The notes: generated by a model not told the origin, from the letters alone. Shown: positions 27,930-42,690, counted from the first letter of the stretch. The stretch is 64,000 bases of DNA from Chrysomallon squamiferum (GCA_012295275.1 CM022676.1:11904001-11968000), one strand, 5' to 3'. Numbers and translations: made by a program.

Positions 27930-28590
27930 ATTTTGACTATGGAGAGAGTATAACCTCAAATAAATAAAAATCTATATTAAAATAAGTATAGAAGAAAACA
28001 AAACAATAACAAAATATGCAATAAAAAGGAAAAATAGAATGAAGAAAAAGAAAAAATCTGATGAATTCAATTCCAATAAAAAAATGAATATAACTGAATT
28101 TTATGTGTTAATAAATTATGTAATAGTAAGTACGTTAATGAATATATATGTGTGTATGTGTTAATTTGTTATATAATCTTCAGATGAATATTTTCATTTG
28201 ATAATTTTACGTTGATACATCCACAGGCATATCTCAAATGGTGCGATATTCCACTATGTTCCTGTATAATCTGTGTCTGTCTCTTGTCTTTCTCTCTGTC
28301 TTTCATTATTTGGTTATTTTCTGGTAATAACTGTTTGTACTGAAGAGGTTCTGTAACTAGTATGAAACCAGCTTTTTTCTTTTCTTTATTTAACACACAG
28401 CCACACACACGAACAGACATAAAGCTAGAGAGACAGAATAGATATAGTTATGTGATTTGTGTGTTTACACTTGTACACAAGCTTCATTTCTAGTGTAACT
28501 GTTTACGCACGTAACTAAAACATACGATATGTCATTTCGTTTCTGTTTCATTATTTCATTATTATTTTTATTATTATGATTATGATTATG

Positions 28591-28629
<39 letters not shown>

Positions 28630-29336
28630 TATATTTTTTTTAAACAATTACTACTGTTACTCAAATATTTCTGAGTGAGAGACTTGTGTGTTATGTATGT
28701 TTGTTTTCTTACACTTTACTTGTTTAATCTAGAAAATTCTTTCAGCAGACTATTTCACAATAGCTAGTCACTATAAACAGATCACTTTACATTCCTTCCC
28801 TAGTTTCCTCATATAATCTCCTTTCTTTTTAACTAGCCAATGTCTGCTTTATTATACACGAAGTAACTGACCAATCATTATGTACAAGAAACTGTCCAAT
28901 CATTTACTCACAGTGTCGTAATTTTCTACTTACTATGAAATAAAACTCTAATCACTGCGTCATAACTCTCTACACACAGTGCAAAAATAGTCTACTGACT
29001 GCGTAATAACTCTACACACAGTGCAAAAATAGTCAACTGACTGCGTAATAACTCTCTACACACAGTGCAAAAATAGTCTACTGACTGCGTAATAACTCTC
29101 TACACACAGTTATCTGTCTACTCAACATATAATTACTGTCTGCAAAACTACTGACTGTTTTAATACTCGGTGTAAGTAATTACTGTCTGCAATTTAATGT
29201 TTACTCAGTGTATAATTACTGTTATCTGTCATTATAATTACTGTCTACATTGCTGTCTACTCAGTGTATAATTACTGTCTACACTTCTGTCTACTCAGTG
29301 TATAATTAATGTCTACTGTGAAATTTAATTTAACAG

Positions 29337-29394
29337 ATGCAGATGTCTTCTGTGATTTTACTTTCATTGGTTATATCAGTGAATCACGTGATAT
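29337..29394 (+). CDS. Gene C3 exon 1: signal peptide MQMSSVILLSLVISVNHVI
   Basis: taacag|ATG...ATA T|gtgagt. 58 nt. Confidence 0.8.
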
Positions 29395-29691
29395 GTGAGT
29401 TCATTATTTATAATCACAACAACGGCAACAATAACAGCTTTGACAATGATAACAACAACAACACTAAAATACAATGACAATTATAATGACTGCAAAAAAT
29501 CCACTACAACAACAAAGACAAAAACAATAAGAACAGAATTATTCTGTAGCTACTACTACTACTACTTTGACTACTATGCTACTACTACTACCACTGATGA
29601 GAGTATTAAACAGTAATAATAATGAAAATAATAACATTTCTGCTGCTTCTGCTACTGCTACCACTATAATTACTACTACTACTACTACTAC

Positions 29692-29746
<55 letters not shown>

Positions 29747-29759
29747 CACTCACCGCAAT

Positions 29760-29799
<40 letters not shown>

Positions 29800-29998
29800 C
29801 AAACAATAAGGAAGAAAATAATCTGAGTTCACTTGAAATATTTTCAGTTTACACTTTGGGCTCATATCAAACATTCTGAGTATACAGGCTGAGTTGACAC
29901 GAAACATTTTCAGTACACGCTATCAATTGTTGTCAGCTTATTTCAGCAGCGTACGTAAGATTCTGACTAATTGTTTCAAAAATGTTTCGAGTCTTCAG

Positions 29999-30376
29999 GT
30001 GATGAAGAGGTAGTGCTTACTGCCAGTATCAGATTGGCCATACCAGACACAGACGTGACGTTCAGCTGCAGAGTACACGTACGTGACAACGCGTACGTCG
30101 TCGTGTTCCGACAGAAAGACGCGCAGGGCAAGACGTACAGGTTTGCTAAGATGTTCCAGACTCGCGACGGACGTTGTCGCCGTCTTGATCAGTGGCCGCA
30201 GGGTGACTCTGTTACCTGCGGAGAGGGCACAAACACGAGTAACGCAGAGTGGACAGTGTTCCACTATAAAGCCGCCAGAGTTGGAAGTATCCAACAGGTA
30301 CCTGATGTTACGCTATGGAAGTGCGAGGCATTTGATATCGTGAGCAAGGTACTTCGATTTACCGTGGCGAGAACTA
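29999..30376 (+). CDS. Gene C3 exon 2: Ig-like domain 1
   Basis: gtcttcag|GT GAT...ACT A|gtgagt, 378 nt. Encodes VTFSC..FQTRDGRC..WP..CGEGT..FHYK..WKCEA..SKVL. Confidence 0.85.
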
Positions 30377-30563
30377 GTGAGTTTGATCTTTATCAGATTT
30401 ATTGTCTTCCATCATAGCTTCGACCGATTCATGAATTTTAATTTACATTGTTACTATTAATCATGTCAAATGCGATATAGACTAGTTCCTGTTTGTCGTG
30501 ATCACCATTGAAAGCTTTCATGACAAATTAAATCTAATACAGTATAAAATTCTGATGTTGCAG

Positions 30564-30919
30564 ATGAAGAGTTTGATATAAAACTGACTGCTTCATACGG
30601 ACAAGAATCGACTGTTGAACTGACGTGTTCAGTACCGAAAGATAAAATGTTCTCTCCTATTATTAGTTTCTACCCAAACTTCAAACCTTCTACTGAATGT
30701 GATGGACCTGACGTCAGTTTTCTGCAGGGAGATGGTGAGTGTTTTGCACTGGACACGAAACCAGGGTTAGAAATGAGCTGCGGGGAAGGCACGTTTGAAA
30801 GTGAGTCGGAAGTCAGAAGATATCGTCTGGTTATGAAGCGTGAGGACGTTCGCCAGACTTCCTGGCGATGTGGAATTTACACGTGCGAAATGAGCAACGA
30901 AGTCGTCATAACAGTCTAG
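30564..30919 (+). CDS. Gene C3 exon 3: Ig-like domain 2 (terminal)
   Basis: gttgcag|AT GAA GAG...TAG. Encodes VELTCSVPKDKMFSPIISFY..VSFLQGDGEC..CGEGT..RYRLVM..WRCG..SNEV. AATAAA 30965-30970. Confidence 0.85.
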
Positions 30920-32009
30920 ACAACGAGATCCTGGGACTGCACGTGTAACGTGTAACACAGTTTTAATAAAAATAAAACCAGTCATTTATTTTTTCTCATT
31001 TCTTACATACACTTACTTGAAATGCCCAGTCCATATGTTTATCTGTGTGTGTGTCTTTCTGTCTGTCTATCATCTATCTATCTGTCTGTCTATCTATCTA
31101 TCTATCTATCTATCTCTCTATCTATATTTCGCGTACACAAAGACACACACGCATACACACAGACACGTGTACACACACACACACACTCAGACTCATATTG
31201 ACAGGTAAACGCTGTTCGGACAATCAGAGTAACTCTACTGTAAATTACACGTTATTTTCACTTCTGTTTATAAATATATTTCCTAAAAATCACTTGATGA
31301 CTCGTATTTCGCTGTTTAGTAGATGATTTATATTACCTATCATCTATCATCTATCTGTCTGTCTGTTTGTCTGTCTAACTGTCCGCCTCACTCTCCATTT
31401 ATCTATATATATATGTATCTGCTTATTTATTTATTCAGGTAACTGTTTACTGCTGTATCAGTTAATTATATTAAAACTTTATTTACATTCCATTTTACAT
31501 TAGAACTGAAATTATAAACTTTTTTTTTTGCCTCTCTTTTTTCTCTTTTCCGTTGTTTTTATCGTTTATTTTGTTACTGTTTTGTTTTCTTCTGTATTTC
31601 GTATTTCCTGTTCAACTCCAGTTTGCTTAGTTTGTTTATTTTATTTTTTCAACAGCGATATTTATACAAAGACAGAAGCAGATATAAATGCAATATGCAG
31701 ATATGTACATTTAATTATACGTACTTCTGTTTTCGAAAATCTATTCAAATATTTAATTTTGCTGTAGAAAATAGAGCTATGTTTCATATTCGTACTGACA
31801 TTAAACTTTAAAAATTAGTCTGAATCTGCGTAACGTAATCAAATGTGTCTCTGTGTGTGTCTGTGTCTGTGTGTGTGTGTGTCTGTCTGTCTGTTTGTGT
31901 GTGTGTTGTTTTAACAGTTCTTTTTATTTTAGTTTGTATTTGCAGTCCACGTGCAAAATAGCTCGACGCATGTTTTAGACATAATCATAACAACACACAC
32001 GCTCACACG

Positions 32010-32118
<109 letters not shown>

Positions 32119-32654
32119 GTTATTACTGTTGCTGCTGCTCTTGTTAATATTATTTGTCCACTGCTACTGTTGGTATTATATATACTGAACGGCAAATGAA
32201 AACTAACTGGGGTAGTAATTTGGCAAATTAATTCGCTATAATTATTGGTCACCTCATTTTTACGACGTTTGAGGCTTATCGCTTTAAATGGTAACAATTA
32301 ATTCAAACATAATTTGTTTGTTTGTGAGAACAGGGAAGGATGATGAAAAAGTAAAAGTAAGACAAATGACAAGATTTAACGTCCACACACATGGACAGGA
32401 CTAGACTCTGGACGAGGTTCTAGGGTAACGCCTGCCATCCATGTTGTAGCGTCTGTTGAAGTTCACAAAAGCTCAATTGGAGATATTGTGCGGATGGTGC
32501 TGGCTAATGGAAAGTATAGAAATAACGTGCGCAGTTTCGAACACTTTTTCATCACAATATATAACTGCAGTAATTAAATTTTCTTTTAATATTTTGTTTT
32601 CAGGATATTTTAGTATGCATGTTTGTCTGTGTTTCTTAATCTGTGTACTTCAGT

Positions 32655-33034
32655 TTATGTTTTAACAGAGTAAAGGTTGCTTCTTATTCCTGTTTTGAGT
32701 TCTTCACACCACCAGTTTGTCAGATCGGGGCCTTCAAGACCCGAGTCCTTCTCCAGCCGGTCAATGACGAGTTTGTAGATCATCACTGTAGTGGACACGT
32801 CTTTCCTCAGCTTCTGACACGCGATGGAGTAACCTGGAGGCAGCTTGCTGAACAGGATGCACTCGAAGTGGAACTGAACCACGGACACGAAGCTGCTCGT
32901 GTACGCTTTCTTTATCTCCTTGTAGAAAGCAATGATGAACGTGTCGTCGTGGTCCTCGGCAAACAGACACGACAACGTGAACGGCTTGTGCAGCCTGGCG
33001 AAACCCGGCGAGCCAACCATCATCATCGTGTACA
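32655..33034 (-). CDS. Gene D1 terminal exon: single Ig-like domain (alternative in-frame acceptor at 33094)
   Basis: ttttccag|TG TAC ACG...TAA. Encodes FTLSC..FYKE..VVQFHFEC..PGYSIAC..IYKLVI..NWWC..SNLY. Paralogue of 53414-53811. Confidence 0.82.
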
Positions 33035-33274
33035 CTGGAAAACAAAGAGTAGCAACAACTTCAACAACTACCACAACCATCATCATCGTGTACACTGGAA
33101 AACAAAGAGTAGCAACAACTTCAACAACACCCACAACCATCAAAATAAGAAGAAAGACAACAGCAGCAACAACAACCACAACAACAACAACAACAACAAC
33201 AACAATAATAATAATAATGGTTACTTTTATGTTTTTCAATTATCATTGTGCGATGTACGATTAACATCTGAGAA

Positions 33275-33910
33275 CTTACTGACAGCTGAATCACTGACAG
33301 TCAATTTACTGAGATTTCACTTACTGACAGCTGAATCACTGACAGTCAATTTACAGAGATTTCACTTACTGACAGTCAGTTTACTGAGATTTCACTTACT
33401 GACAGTCAATTTACAGAAATTTCACTTACTGACAGTTGATTCACTGACAGTCAAATACTGAGATTTCACTTACTGACAGTCAGTTTACTGAGATTTCACT
33501 TACTGACAGTCAGTTTACTGAGATTTCAGTTACTGACAGTTGATTCACTGAGAGTCAATTTACAGAGATTTCACTTACTGACAGTCAGTTTACTGAGATT
33601 TCAGTTACTGACAGTTGATTCACTGACAGTCAATTTACAGAGATTTCACTTACTGACAGTCAGTTTACTGAGATTTCAGTTACTGACAGTTGATTTCAAA
33701 GCTTTGTATAATTTACTGAAAACACCACAGACAAAGACTGTTATGATTACTATTACAGTTACGTGTTTTTATCTTACAAGTAATGTGAAGTTTACGTTAC
33801 AAGTGATGTGAAGTTTACGTTACAAGGGCTGTGAATTTTACGTTACAAGTAATGTGAAGTTTACGTTACAAGTAATTTGAATTTTACGTTACAAGTAATG
33901 TGAATTTTAC
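33275..33910. repeat. Two minisatellites in D1 intron (cacttactgacagtc... and ttacgttacaagtaatgtgaag)
   Basis: Tandem units at 33275-33695 and 33775-33910. The latter has counterparts at 42170-42690 and 52835-53000. Confidence 0.85.
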
Positions 33911-33962
33911 GTCACTAAATGATGGAAATTTGTATTAAAAATAATGTGACCTTTCGACTTAC

Positions 33963-34105
33963 CATTTAACTCACGAAGGATTGGATTATAGTCAGCAGAG
34001 ACGTGACGTGCAGTTTTACCAGTGCTGTTGTTTGTATCAGCACCAGTCAGTCGAGTTTGTAGATACAAGAAACACACAGCTCTCAACACAGAGCACTTGA
34101 AGTAC
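33963..34105 (-). CDS. Gene D1 leader/propeptide exon (YFKCSVLRAVCFLYLQTRLTGADTNNSTGK...)
   Basis: tacag|G TAC...AAT G|gtaagt. 143 nt, same length as copies at 42711-42853 and 52668-52810. Start codon exon uncertain; only a donor remnant at ~34690. Confidence 0.68.
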
Positions 34106-34127
34106 CTGTAAATATATAATAATAATA

Positions 34128-34192
<65 letters not shown>

Positions 34193-35029
34193 CATAATAA
34201 TAATAATGTTGATGATGATAATAATAATGATGTAGAAGATAATAATAATAACAATAACAGTGATAACTATGTGAACTGACTCAGATAAGTAAATTTCCAT
34301 TACGCACATTTTGCTGTAAAATTGTCGTCTCACTAAACGAAGTGGTGTTTTGTAGCTGCAGTCAGTGACATTTATACCCACTTTGTCAATAATGTATTCA
34401 CAAAAACATGTTTATCTCTGTTTATTTACTTTTTTTGTATCTATTTACTTGTCTGTTTATTTTTTTATAATTTTTTTTTATTATTTTTATTTTTTGGCTT
34501 GTTTCTCTATTTATTTATTTATTTGTTTATTTATTTATTTACCTATTTGTTTTTTGTTTGTTTATTTGGTTCTTTGTTTGTTTTGTTTATATTTGATTTA
34601 TTTTTTTTATTTTTTATTTGGTTCTTAGTGTTGTTTATATTTTATTTATTTTTTGTTATTTCGTTTATTTGTTTGTTTATTTTTATTAACCTTCCAGTAA
34701 AAACACTCTTAAGCAAACAAACAGACAAATAAATAAATAAATGAATAGTGATTATCATCACGATCATTCGGTTTTCACTATTATAATCACAGTAATCATT
34801 AAAATCTTCATTACAACATAATCATAATGATCAGCAACGTCTTCGTACTGTCGTTGCTGTTGTTGACGATGCTGTTTTCTCCACACCCGACAGAACGTAC
34901 CACGTGACCAGAAGAGGAAGTCACGATGAAGACAACCTTTTCACTAAACTCTTCTGCTTTTACTTATCACAGCTACACCAAAATTGTTATTTCGTTTGTT
35001 TGTTTTGTTTATTTTGCTAATTTCTATTT

Positions 35030-35060
<31 letters not shown>

Positions 35061-35099
35061 TTTTTTTTTTTTTTTTTTTTTTTTCACAATGAAATGAGA

Positions 35100-35271
35100 C
35101 GTGTAATGTCGAGTTCGTTTGGAGAAGCAGTATGTTCCCACGTGTGTTGCGTGCTCGAACGTGCACCCAGGAATGAAGGTCATGTGACTGAACACGACAG
35201 ACGGCTAACAGTGGATACATTTAGACAAACTCAAACGAAACATATCACCGTCATTTAGAAGCCAGATGGAT
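35100..35271 (-). pseudogene. Heavily decayed Ig-like exon remnant
   Basis: ttatttcag|AT... frame with stops contains LSCSVT, like C2 domain 2. A donor-ending leader-like segment lies at ~35355-35400. Confidence 0.3.
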
Positions 35272-36289
35272 CTGAAATAATAAAAACATTTTACTTCACC
35301 AAGTGTTTTACGTTTCACATTAAATTATGTAAATTGTAGCTGGTACGTCACTCACCGTTGAGCAAGCTGTTGGATATAAAATTAGCAACATCGACATAAA
35401 ACGTGGTCGGCGACGTTTTTTTAATATTTTACTGCTGCTGAATGCGATACATTTGTACGACGTCATAAGCGACCGTATAAAAAAATAACAAAAACAAATA
35501 GCAACATAGTGTTTTTTATTTACTATTATTTTTCTATATGAATACGTGCGTTTAAAACTTGGTTATGTAACAGAACTGAAACATACAGTGGAACCAGTTT
35601 AAACTGAATAAACTTTTCAGTAATAGCTAACTCTTAATAATACTGATATTAATACAGTAAGTTGTAATGGTAGAAATATTAGCGTTAGTACTAGCGGCAG
35701 TAGTAGTAGCAGTTGTTGTAATAGGTGCAGTACTAGTAGAAGTAGTGGTAATAGTTGTAATAGTGATAGTAGTAGTAGAAGTACTAATAATAGTTGTAGT
35801 AGTGGTAGTACTTGTAAATACAAGTATTGTAACAGTAGTAGTACTGGTACAAATACTAATATTAGTTTTACTAATGACAGAAACAGCTGATACACTAAGT
35901 GTCTGAGGTAGTATCTGTAGTAAACAGAGAATCAGTTGAAGTAGCTGTACAAGTAATAGTAGCAGGATTAGTAGTATTAGTAATATTGATGTCAACATCA
36001 TTAGTGGAAAGGTGTTTATAAATGTTTATTCATATATATATATTTACAGACAGATGTAAGAAAAAGTCAATGGAAAGACAGACAGACAAGTATGTAGATA
36101 AATAAATATAGAAATGGATGGACAGATATCTAGACAGACAGAAAAACAGCTGTATAGAGAGATGAACGGAAGGACAAACAGATATACAGATACATAGAGA
36201 GATAAACAGAGACAGATAGATACAGATATATAGGAAGGTAGATATGTAGATAGAGAGAGACAGACAGACAGAGAGAGATAGATAGCAGG

Positions 36290-36423
36290 ATAGGTTTGTT
36301 TTCCAGTGGATAATACTCACCATCTCCCTGCAGGAAACTGACGTAAAGTTAATCAAACTGATGATAGTCTCCGACTTTCCTGTAGAAACTCACAACAGGA
36401 AACATCATCTTATCTTTCGGTAC
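36290..36423 (-). pseudogene. Fragment of C-type Ig domain 2
   Basis: VPKDKMMFPVVSFYRKVGDYHQFD*LYVSFLQGDGEYYPLENKP. In-frame stop, Cys lost, both ends replaced by simple repeats. Confidence 0.8.
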
Positions 36424-36479
36424 ACACACACAACCACACACACACTTATATATATATATATATATATATATATGTAATA

Positions 36480-38085
36480 AGTCAGTCTGTGTAATATCCT
36501 GTTTTATTTAATAAAGAATGTAAAATGTCAGTATGTGTAATATCATGTTTTATTTAACACAGTATGTAATATGTGAGTATGTGTAATATCATGTTTTATT
36601 TAACATAGTAAGTAAAATGTCAGCATGTGTAATATCATGTTTTATTTAACACAGTATGTAAAATGTCAGTCTCTGTAATATCATGTTTTATTTAACACAG
36701 TATGTAATATGTGAGTATGTGTAATATCATGTTTTATTTAACATAGTATGTAAAATGTCAGTATGTGTAATACCATGTTTTATTTAACACAGTATGTAAA
36801 ATGTCAGTCTGTGTAATATCATGTTTTATTTAATACAGTATGTATAATATGTTTTATTTAACACAGTATGTAATATGTGGGTATGTGTAATATCATGTTT
36901 TATTTAACATAGTATGTAAAATGTCAGCATGTGTAATATCATGTTTTATTTAACACAGTATGTAATATGTCAGTATGTGTAATATCATTTTTTATTTAAC
37001 ACAGTATGTAATATGTCAGTATGTGTAATATCATGTTTTATTTAATACTCTATGTAATATGTCAGTATGTGTAATATCATGTTTTATTTAATACAGTATG
37101 TGTAATATCATGTTTTATTCAATACAGTATGAGTAATATCATGTTTTATTTAATACAGTATGTGTAATATCATGTTTTATTTAATACAGTATGTGTAATA
37201 TCATGTTTTATTCAATACAGTATGTGTAATATCATGTTTTATTTAATACAGTATGTAAAATGTCAGTATGTGTAATATCATGTTTTATTTAACACAGTAT
37301 GTAATATGTGAGTATGTGTAATATCATGTTTTATTTAACATAGTAAGTAAAATGTCAGCATGTGTAATATCATGTTTTATTTAACACAGTATGTAAAATG
37401 TCAGTCTCTGTAATATCATGTTTTATTTAACACAGTATGTAATATGTGAGTATGTGTAATATCATGTTTTATTTAACATAGTATGTAAAATGTCAGTATG
37501 TGTAATACCATGTTTTATTTAACACAGTATGTAAAATGTCAGTCTGTGTAATATCATGTTTTATTTAATACAGTATGTATAATATGTTTTATTTAACACA
37601 GTATGTAATATGTGGGTATGTGTAATATCATGTTTTATTTAACATAGTATGTAAAATGTCAGCATGTGTAATATCATGTTTTATTTAACACAGTATGTAA
37701 TATGTCAGTATGTGTAATATCATTTTTTATTTAACACAGTATGTAATATGTCAGTATGTGTAATATCATGTTTTATTTAATACTCTATGTAATATGTCAG
37801 TATGTGTAATATCATGTTTTATTTAATACAGTATGTGTAATATCATGTTTTATTTAATACAGTATGTGTAATATCATGTTTTATTTAATACAGTATGTGT
37901 AATATCATGTTTTATTCAATACAGTATGAGTAATATCATGTTTTATTTAATACAGTATGTGTAATATCATGTTTTATTTAATACAGTATGTGTAATATCA
38001 TGTTTTATTCAATACAGTATGTGTAATATCATGTTTTATTTAATACAGTATGTAAAATGTCAGTATGTGTAATATCATGTTTTAT
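36480..38085. repeat. 46/31-bp satellite with a ~735-bp higher-order duplication
   Basis: gtgtaatatcatgttttatttaacacagtat(gtaaaatgtcagtat). A diagnostic variant recurs at 36604 and 37339. Confidence 0.9.
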
Positions 38086-39610
38086 ATATAGATAACTTTT
38101 TAAAAAATTGTATAAAATTGCACGATTACGCTACAAAACAGTTTGACTGATTGGTCCTACTAACCGTTCTGTTGTCGGACAGAAATATTTGATTACAGAG
38201 GTAGATTTTCTCAGTCTCACTGTACACATTTCACTCTCTACCACACTTTTTACTATTCATTGTCTGCTATTTATTCTTTACTGACTTTTAAGTGTCTACT
38301 GAATGTTTATTCTCTGTTTTTTCTTTCTAGTGACAGTTAACTGTCTCCCTACTTTTTATTGTCTACTGACTCTTTATTGTCTACTGATTCTTTATTGTCT
38401 ACTGACTGTTTATTGTTTACTGATTCTTTATTGTCTACTGACTGTTTATTGTTTACTGATTCTTTATTGTCTACTGACTGTTTATTGTCTACTGACTCTT
38501 TATTGTCTACTAACTCTTTATTATCTCCCTACTCTTTATCGTATCAAATTTCTCACTTTTCTATTATCATTTTAATTTTTTCTTAAATATTTTTCTTCAT
38601 TTTTTATTATAGTTATTTAATTTAATTTAATATTATTTTATTATATTTTATTTGTTTATTTATTATTCATCAGACATATATTAGATAATGTGTAGATATT
38701 AGTGAGCAGAAGGGAAGAAAAAGTGAGTAAACTGAGCAGATAGTGAATAGACAATACAATGTGAACAGTCCGTTTACAGACAGTAGACAGTGGAAAGTGA
38801 AAAGTGAGTAGATAGTTGAAAGTGAAAAGTGAAGTAGACAGTGGAAAGTGAAGAGTGAGTAGACAGTGGAAAGTGAAAAGTGAGTAGACAGTAGAAAGAG
38901 AAAAGTGAGTAGACAGTGGAAAGTGAAGAGTGAGTAGACAGTGGAAAGTGAAAAGTGAGTAGATAGTAGAAAGTGAAAAGTGAGTAGACAGTGGAAAATG
39001 AAGAGTGAGTAGACAGTGGAAAGTGAAAAGTGAGTAGACAGTGGAAACTGAACAGTGAGTAGACAGTGGAAAGTGAAAAGTGAGCATATAATAGAAAGTG
39101 AAAAGTGAGTAGACAGTTTAAAGTGAACAGTGAGTAGATAGTTTAAAGTGAACAGTGAGTAGATAATAGAAAGTGAATACTGAATAGCTAGTAGAAAGTA
39201 GATATATACATAAATACACACACACACATACATACACACGTACATACACACACACACATACGCACACACACATACATAGGTGGATAGACAGATCCAGACA
39301 GTCAGTCTATTTTAATATATTTATATACGCATTTGCACAAAGACACATATACAAGCACTGTCACATGTACATATATATAAATACACACACGCAGACATAC
39401 ATACACGCACACGCATACGAACACAAACTGACAAAACACATTGAATTTTTTTCACACGTAATTCTTTATCTAAGGCAAAGTCGTCAAAGACTGGCGAGAA
39501 TTCTTTGGTTCGTTCCTGACTGGATCTTAAGTTCTGAAATCTCAGCTGTTTATTTGTGACGAAGTTTATTTACAAATTTAGAACGTTTGAAAGTCAGACC
39601 CGTTACAGTA

Positions 39611-40045
39611 CTGTTACACTTTACTTATACCTCATCTGTCCAACCTCAACACACTGTTACACTTTACTTATACCTCATCTGTCCAACCTCAATACACTGT
39701 TACACTTTACTTATACCTCATCTGTCCAACCTCAACACACTGCTACACTTTACTTATACCTCATCTGTCCAACCTCAATACACTGTTACACTTTACTTAT
39801 ACCTCATCTGTCCAACCTCAACACACTGTTACACTTTACTTATACCTCATCTGTCCAACCTCAACACACTGTTACACTTTATTTATACCTCATCTGTACA
39901 ACCTCAACACACTGTTACACTTTACTTATACCTCATCTGTCCAACGTCAACACACTGTTACACTTTACTTATACCTCATCTGTCCAACAACAATACACTG
40001 TTACACTTCACTCTTACCTCATCTGTCCAACCACAACACTGTTAC
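39611..40045. repeat. 43-bp minisatellite downstream of A1 (~10 copies; ~12 copies at 47783-48310 downstream of A2)
   Basis: ctgttacactttacttatacctcatctgtccaacctcaacaca. Confidence 0.9.
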
Positions 40046-40245
40046 ACTCTACTGTGCTCTTGTTATAAGGCTAATTTGTCTTCATCTGTTTATTCGTGGT
40101 GGTGGTGGTGGTGTTTGCTATTGTTATTGTTATTTGTTGTTGTTGTTGTTGTTATTGTTGCTGCTATAGTATATTCGTTGTTTCACATTACAAGCTTAGC
40201 TGACAAAACATATTTCTCTTTGATAGCAAACTAGTTTATTTCCTT

Positions 40246-40595
40246 CTAAACTGTTATGGGGTTGGGAAACAGCATCTTATCACGGTTTAGATCACAATAC
40301 CACTTTCTTCCTGTTTCTAAAGTTATGTTTAGGATCGTCATCGTATATGTTTTGATGTATGATGTTGTCTGGAGCGTACCCTGCCCACAAGCCGCTTTAT
40401 ATTTCGGATCTAGCAGATATAAAATGTAGCAAGTTGTCAGGCTTTGAAAAAGACTAACCCAGGGCCCCAAATGTGCAGTGTCTGATCTGAAAAATCCTAC
40501 AATGTCCACTAGATTTACTGCTCCTTTCACAGTGCACGTCAGTGTCACCGAATCCCTCGTATATTCGGGTGCTTTACTGATTGCTACAAATCTGT
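40246..40595 (-). CDS. Gene A1 exon 2: single Ig-like domain
   Basis: ctacag|AC AGA TTT...TAG, 350 nt. Encodes VTLTCTVKGAVNLVDIVGFFR..LFQSLTTC..CGQGT..TYTMTI..KWYC. Confidence 0.85.
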
Positions 40596-41249
40596 CTGTA
40601 GTAGTAGTAGTAGTAATAAAAATAAAAAGAAGAAGAAGAAGAAGAAGAAGAAGAAGAAGAAGAAGAAGAAGAAGAAGAAGAAGAAGAAGAAGAAGAAGAA
40701 GAAGCTGAAGGAGGAGAAAATGAAGAAGAAGAAGAAGAACAAGAACAATAATAACAATAACAGTAACTGTAACAATAATATTAATAACAGCAACAATAAC
40801 AATATAGTTGTAATAAAAATATAATAATGATAACAATAATAACAACAACAGCAAGAATAACAATTGCTGTAACAATAACAATAACAGTAACAATGATATT
40901 AACAACAACAACAACAACAATAATATGTGCATATCTATCTATATCTATATCTGTCTATCTACTTACTCATCTACCTATTTATATATGTATTTATCTATCT
41001 ATCGATCAGTCTGTCTAATCATACATCTATCTGTCTAATTGTCTATTTTCAACACATAGTTAATAGATATAAAATGTTTGTATGAAAACAGCAATATTAA
41101 GACGAGTATACTATTACCATTACCATTAAGACGGACATGTTATAACTATTAGTATTAAGCGGAGGGGAGTGACGTTGTTGCTGTTGTTGTTTGTTTGCTT
41201 TTAATACAACGTCTGCACTGAAGAAGATTCAAAATACACTTGCACTTAC

Positions 41250-41304
41250 ATGTTCCTACAGTACTTAACAACAACACCAATATTACCAAGACCAGGCATT
41301 TCAT
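41250..41304 (-). CDS. Gene A1 exon 1: signal peptide MKCLVLVILVLLLSTVGT
   Basis: ttctag|ATG...ACA T|gtaagt. 55 nt, phase 1, textbook signal peptide. Confidence 0.82.
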
Positions 41305-42169
41305 CTAGAAACAAATAATCAGGTTAGTAAATAAATACATTAAAAAGAAACTTAATATGAATATTTGGAGCAGCAACAGTAGCAGTAGTAGAAACAGTAG
41401 AATTAGTAGTAGTACAAAACAGTAGAATTAGTAGTAGTACAAAACAGTAGTGATGTTAGTAGTACAAAACAGTAGTGGTGTTATTAGTATAAGTAGTGGT
41501 GTGAAATTTAACACAAAGGTGTGACACTAGTAAAAAATACAACTTGTTACCGTGCACGTCTGTTTTCTAGTTTTGTTGTTGATAGAATTGTGTGAACTGT
41601 TCCTGTCTTCTACACAGATATAACTGAATCACGATGTGTCATATTATACATTCAGCTTATTATATAATACATCATGTGCATATTTTATTACCTTTTTGCA
41701 CATTGTAAACCTCTATTATAATAAACAAATCGCTGATGACCTAACTAACAGAACAGGGACAAACAACGCATAATGTTTATTTAATTTGTATCGTAATGTG
41801 TAGTTTTTTAACTGTTTGAAATTTCAATTTGAATTAAATAGTTCACAGAATAATAAATTAAAATACATTACATAGACTGAAAATCCGCAATATAAATGTT
41901 TTGAAGTATTTATTTATTTTTTTGTTTGTTTGTTTATTTATTTATTTATTATTTGTTTATTTATCGATCAGTTCATCTATCTGTCTATCAATACTGGAAA
42001 ACAAAGAGTAGAGTATCAACAACATGGGGACTATAGGAACAGCCACAACAACTTCAAAATAACAACAACAACAACAGCTGTAACAACATCAACAACAACA
42101 ATAATAATAGTAATAATAATAATAATAATAATAAAAACAATGTGTGTTTGACTTACCACCTATGAGACT

Positions 42170-42690
42170 TAACTTACAAGTAATGACAATTTTAACTTAC
42201 AAGTGATGTGAATATTAACTTACAAGTGATGTGATTTTTAACTTACAAGTAATAAAGGTTTTAACTTACAAGTAATAAAGGTTTTAACTTACAAGTGATG
42301 TGAATATTAACTTACAAGTGATGTGAATATTAATTTACAAGTGATGTGAATTTTAACTTACAAGTAATGACAATTTTAACTTACAAGTGATGTGAATATT
42401 AACTTACAAGTGATGTGAATTTTAACTTACAAGTGATGTGAATATTAACTTACAAGTGATGTGAATATTAACTTACAAGTGATGTGAATATTAACTTACA
42501 AGTGATGTGAATATTAACTTACAAGCGATGTGAATATTAACTTACAAGTGATGTGAATTATAACTTACAAGTGATGTGAATATTAACTTACAAGCGATGT
42601 GAATATTAACTTACAAGCGATGTGAATTTAACTTACAAGTGATGTGAATTTAACTTACAAATGATGGATGTGATTTTAACTTACAAGTGG
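42170..42690. repeat. 23-bp minisatellite, each minus-strand unit containing GTAAGT
   Basis: aacttacaagtgatgtgaatatt, ~22 copies. Confidence 0.9.
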
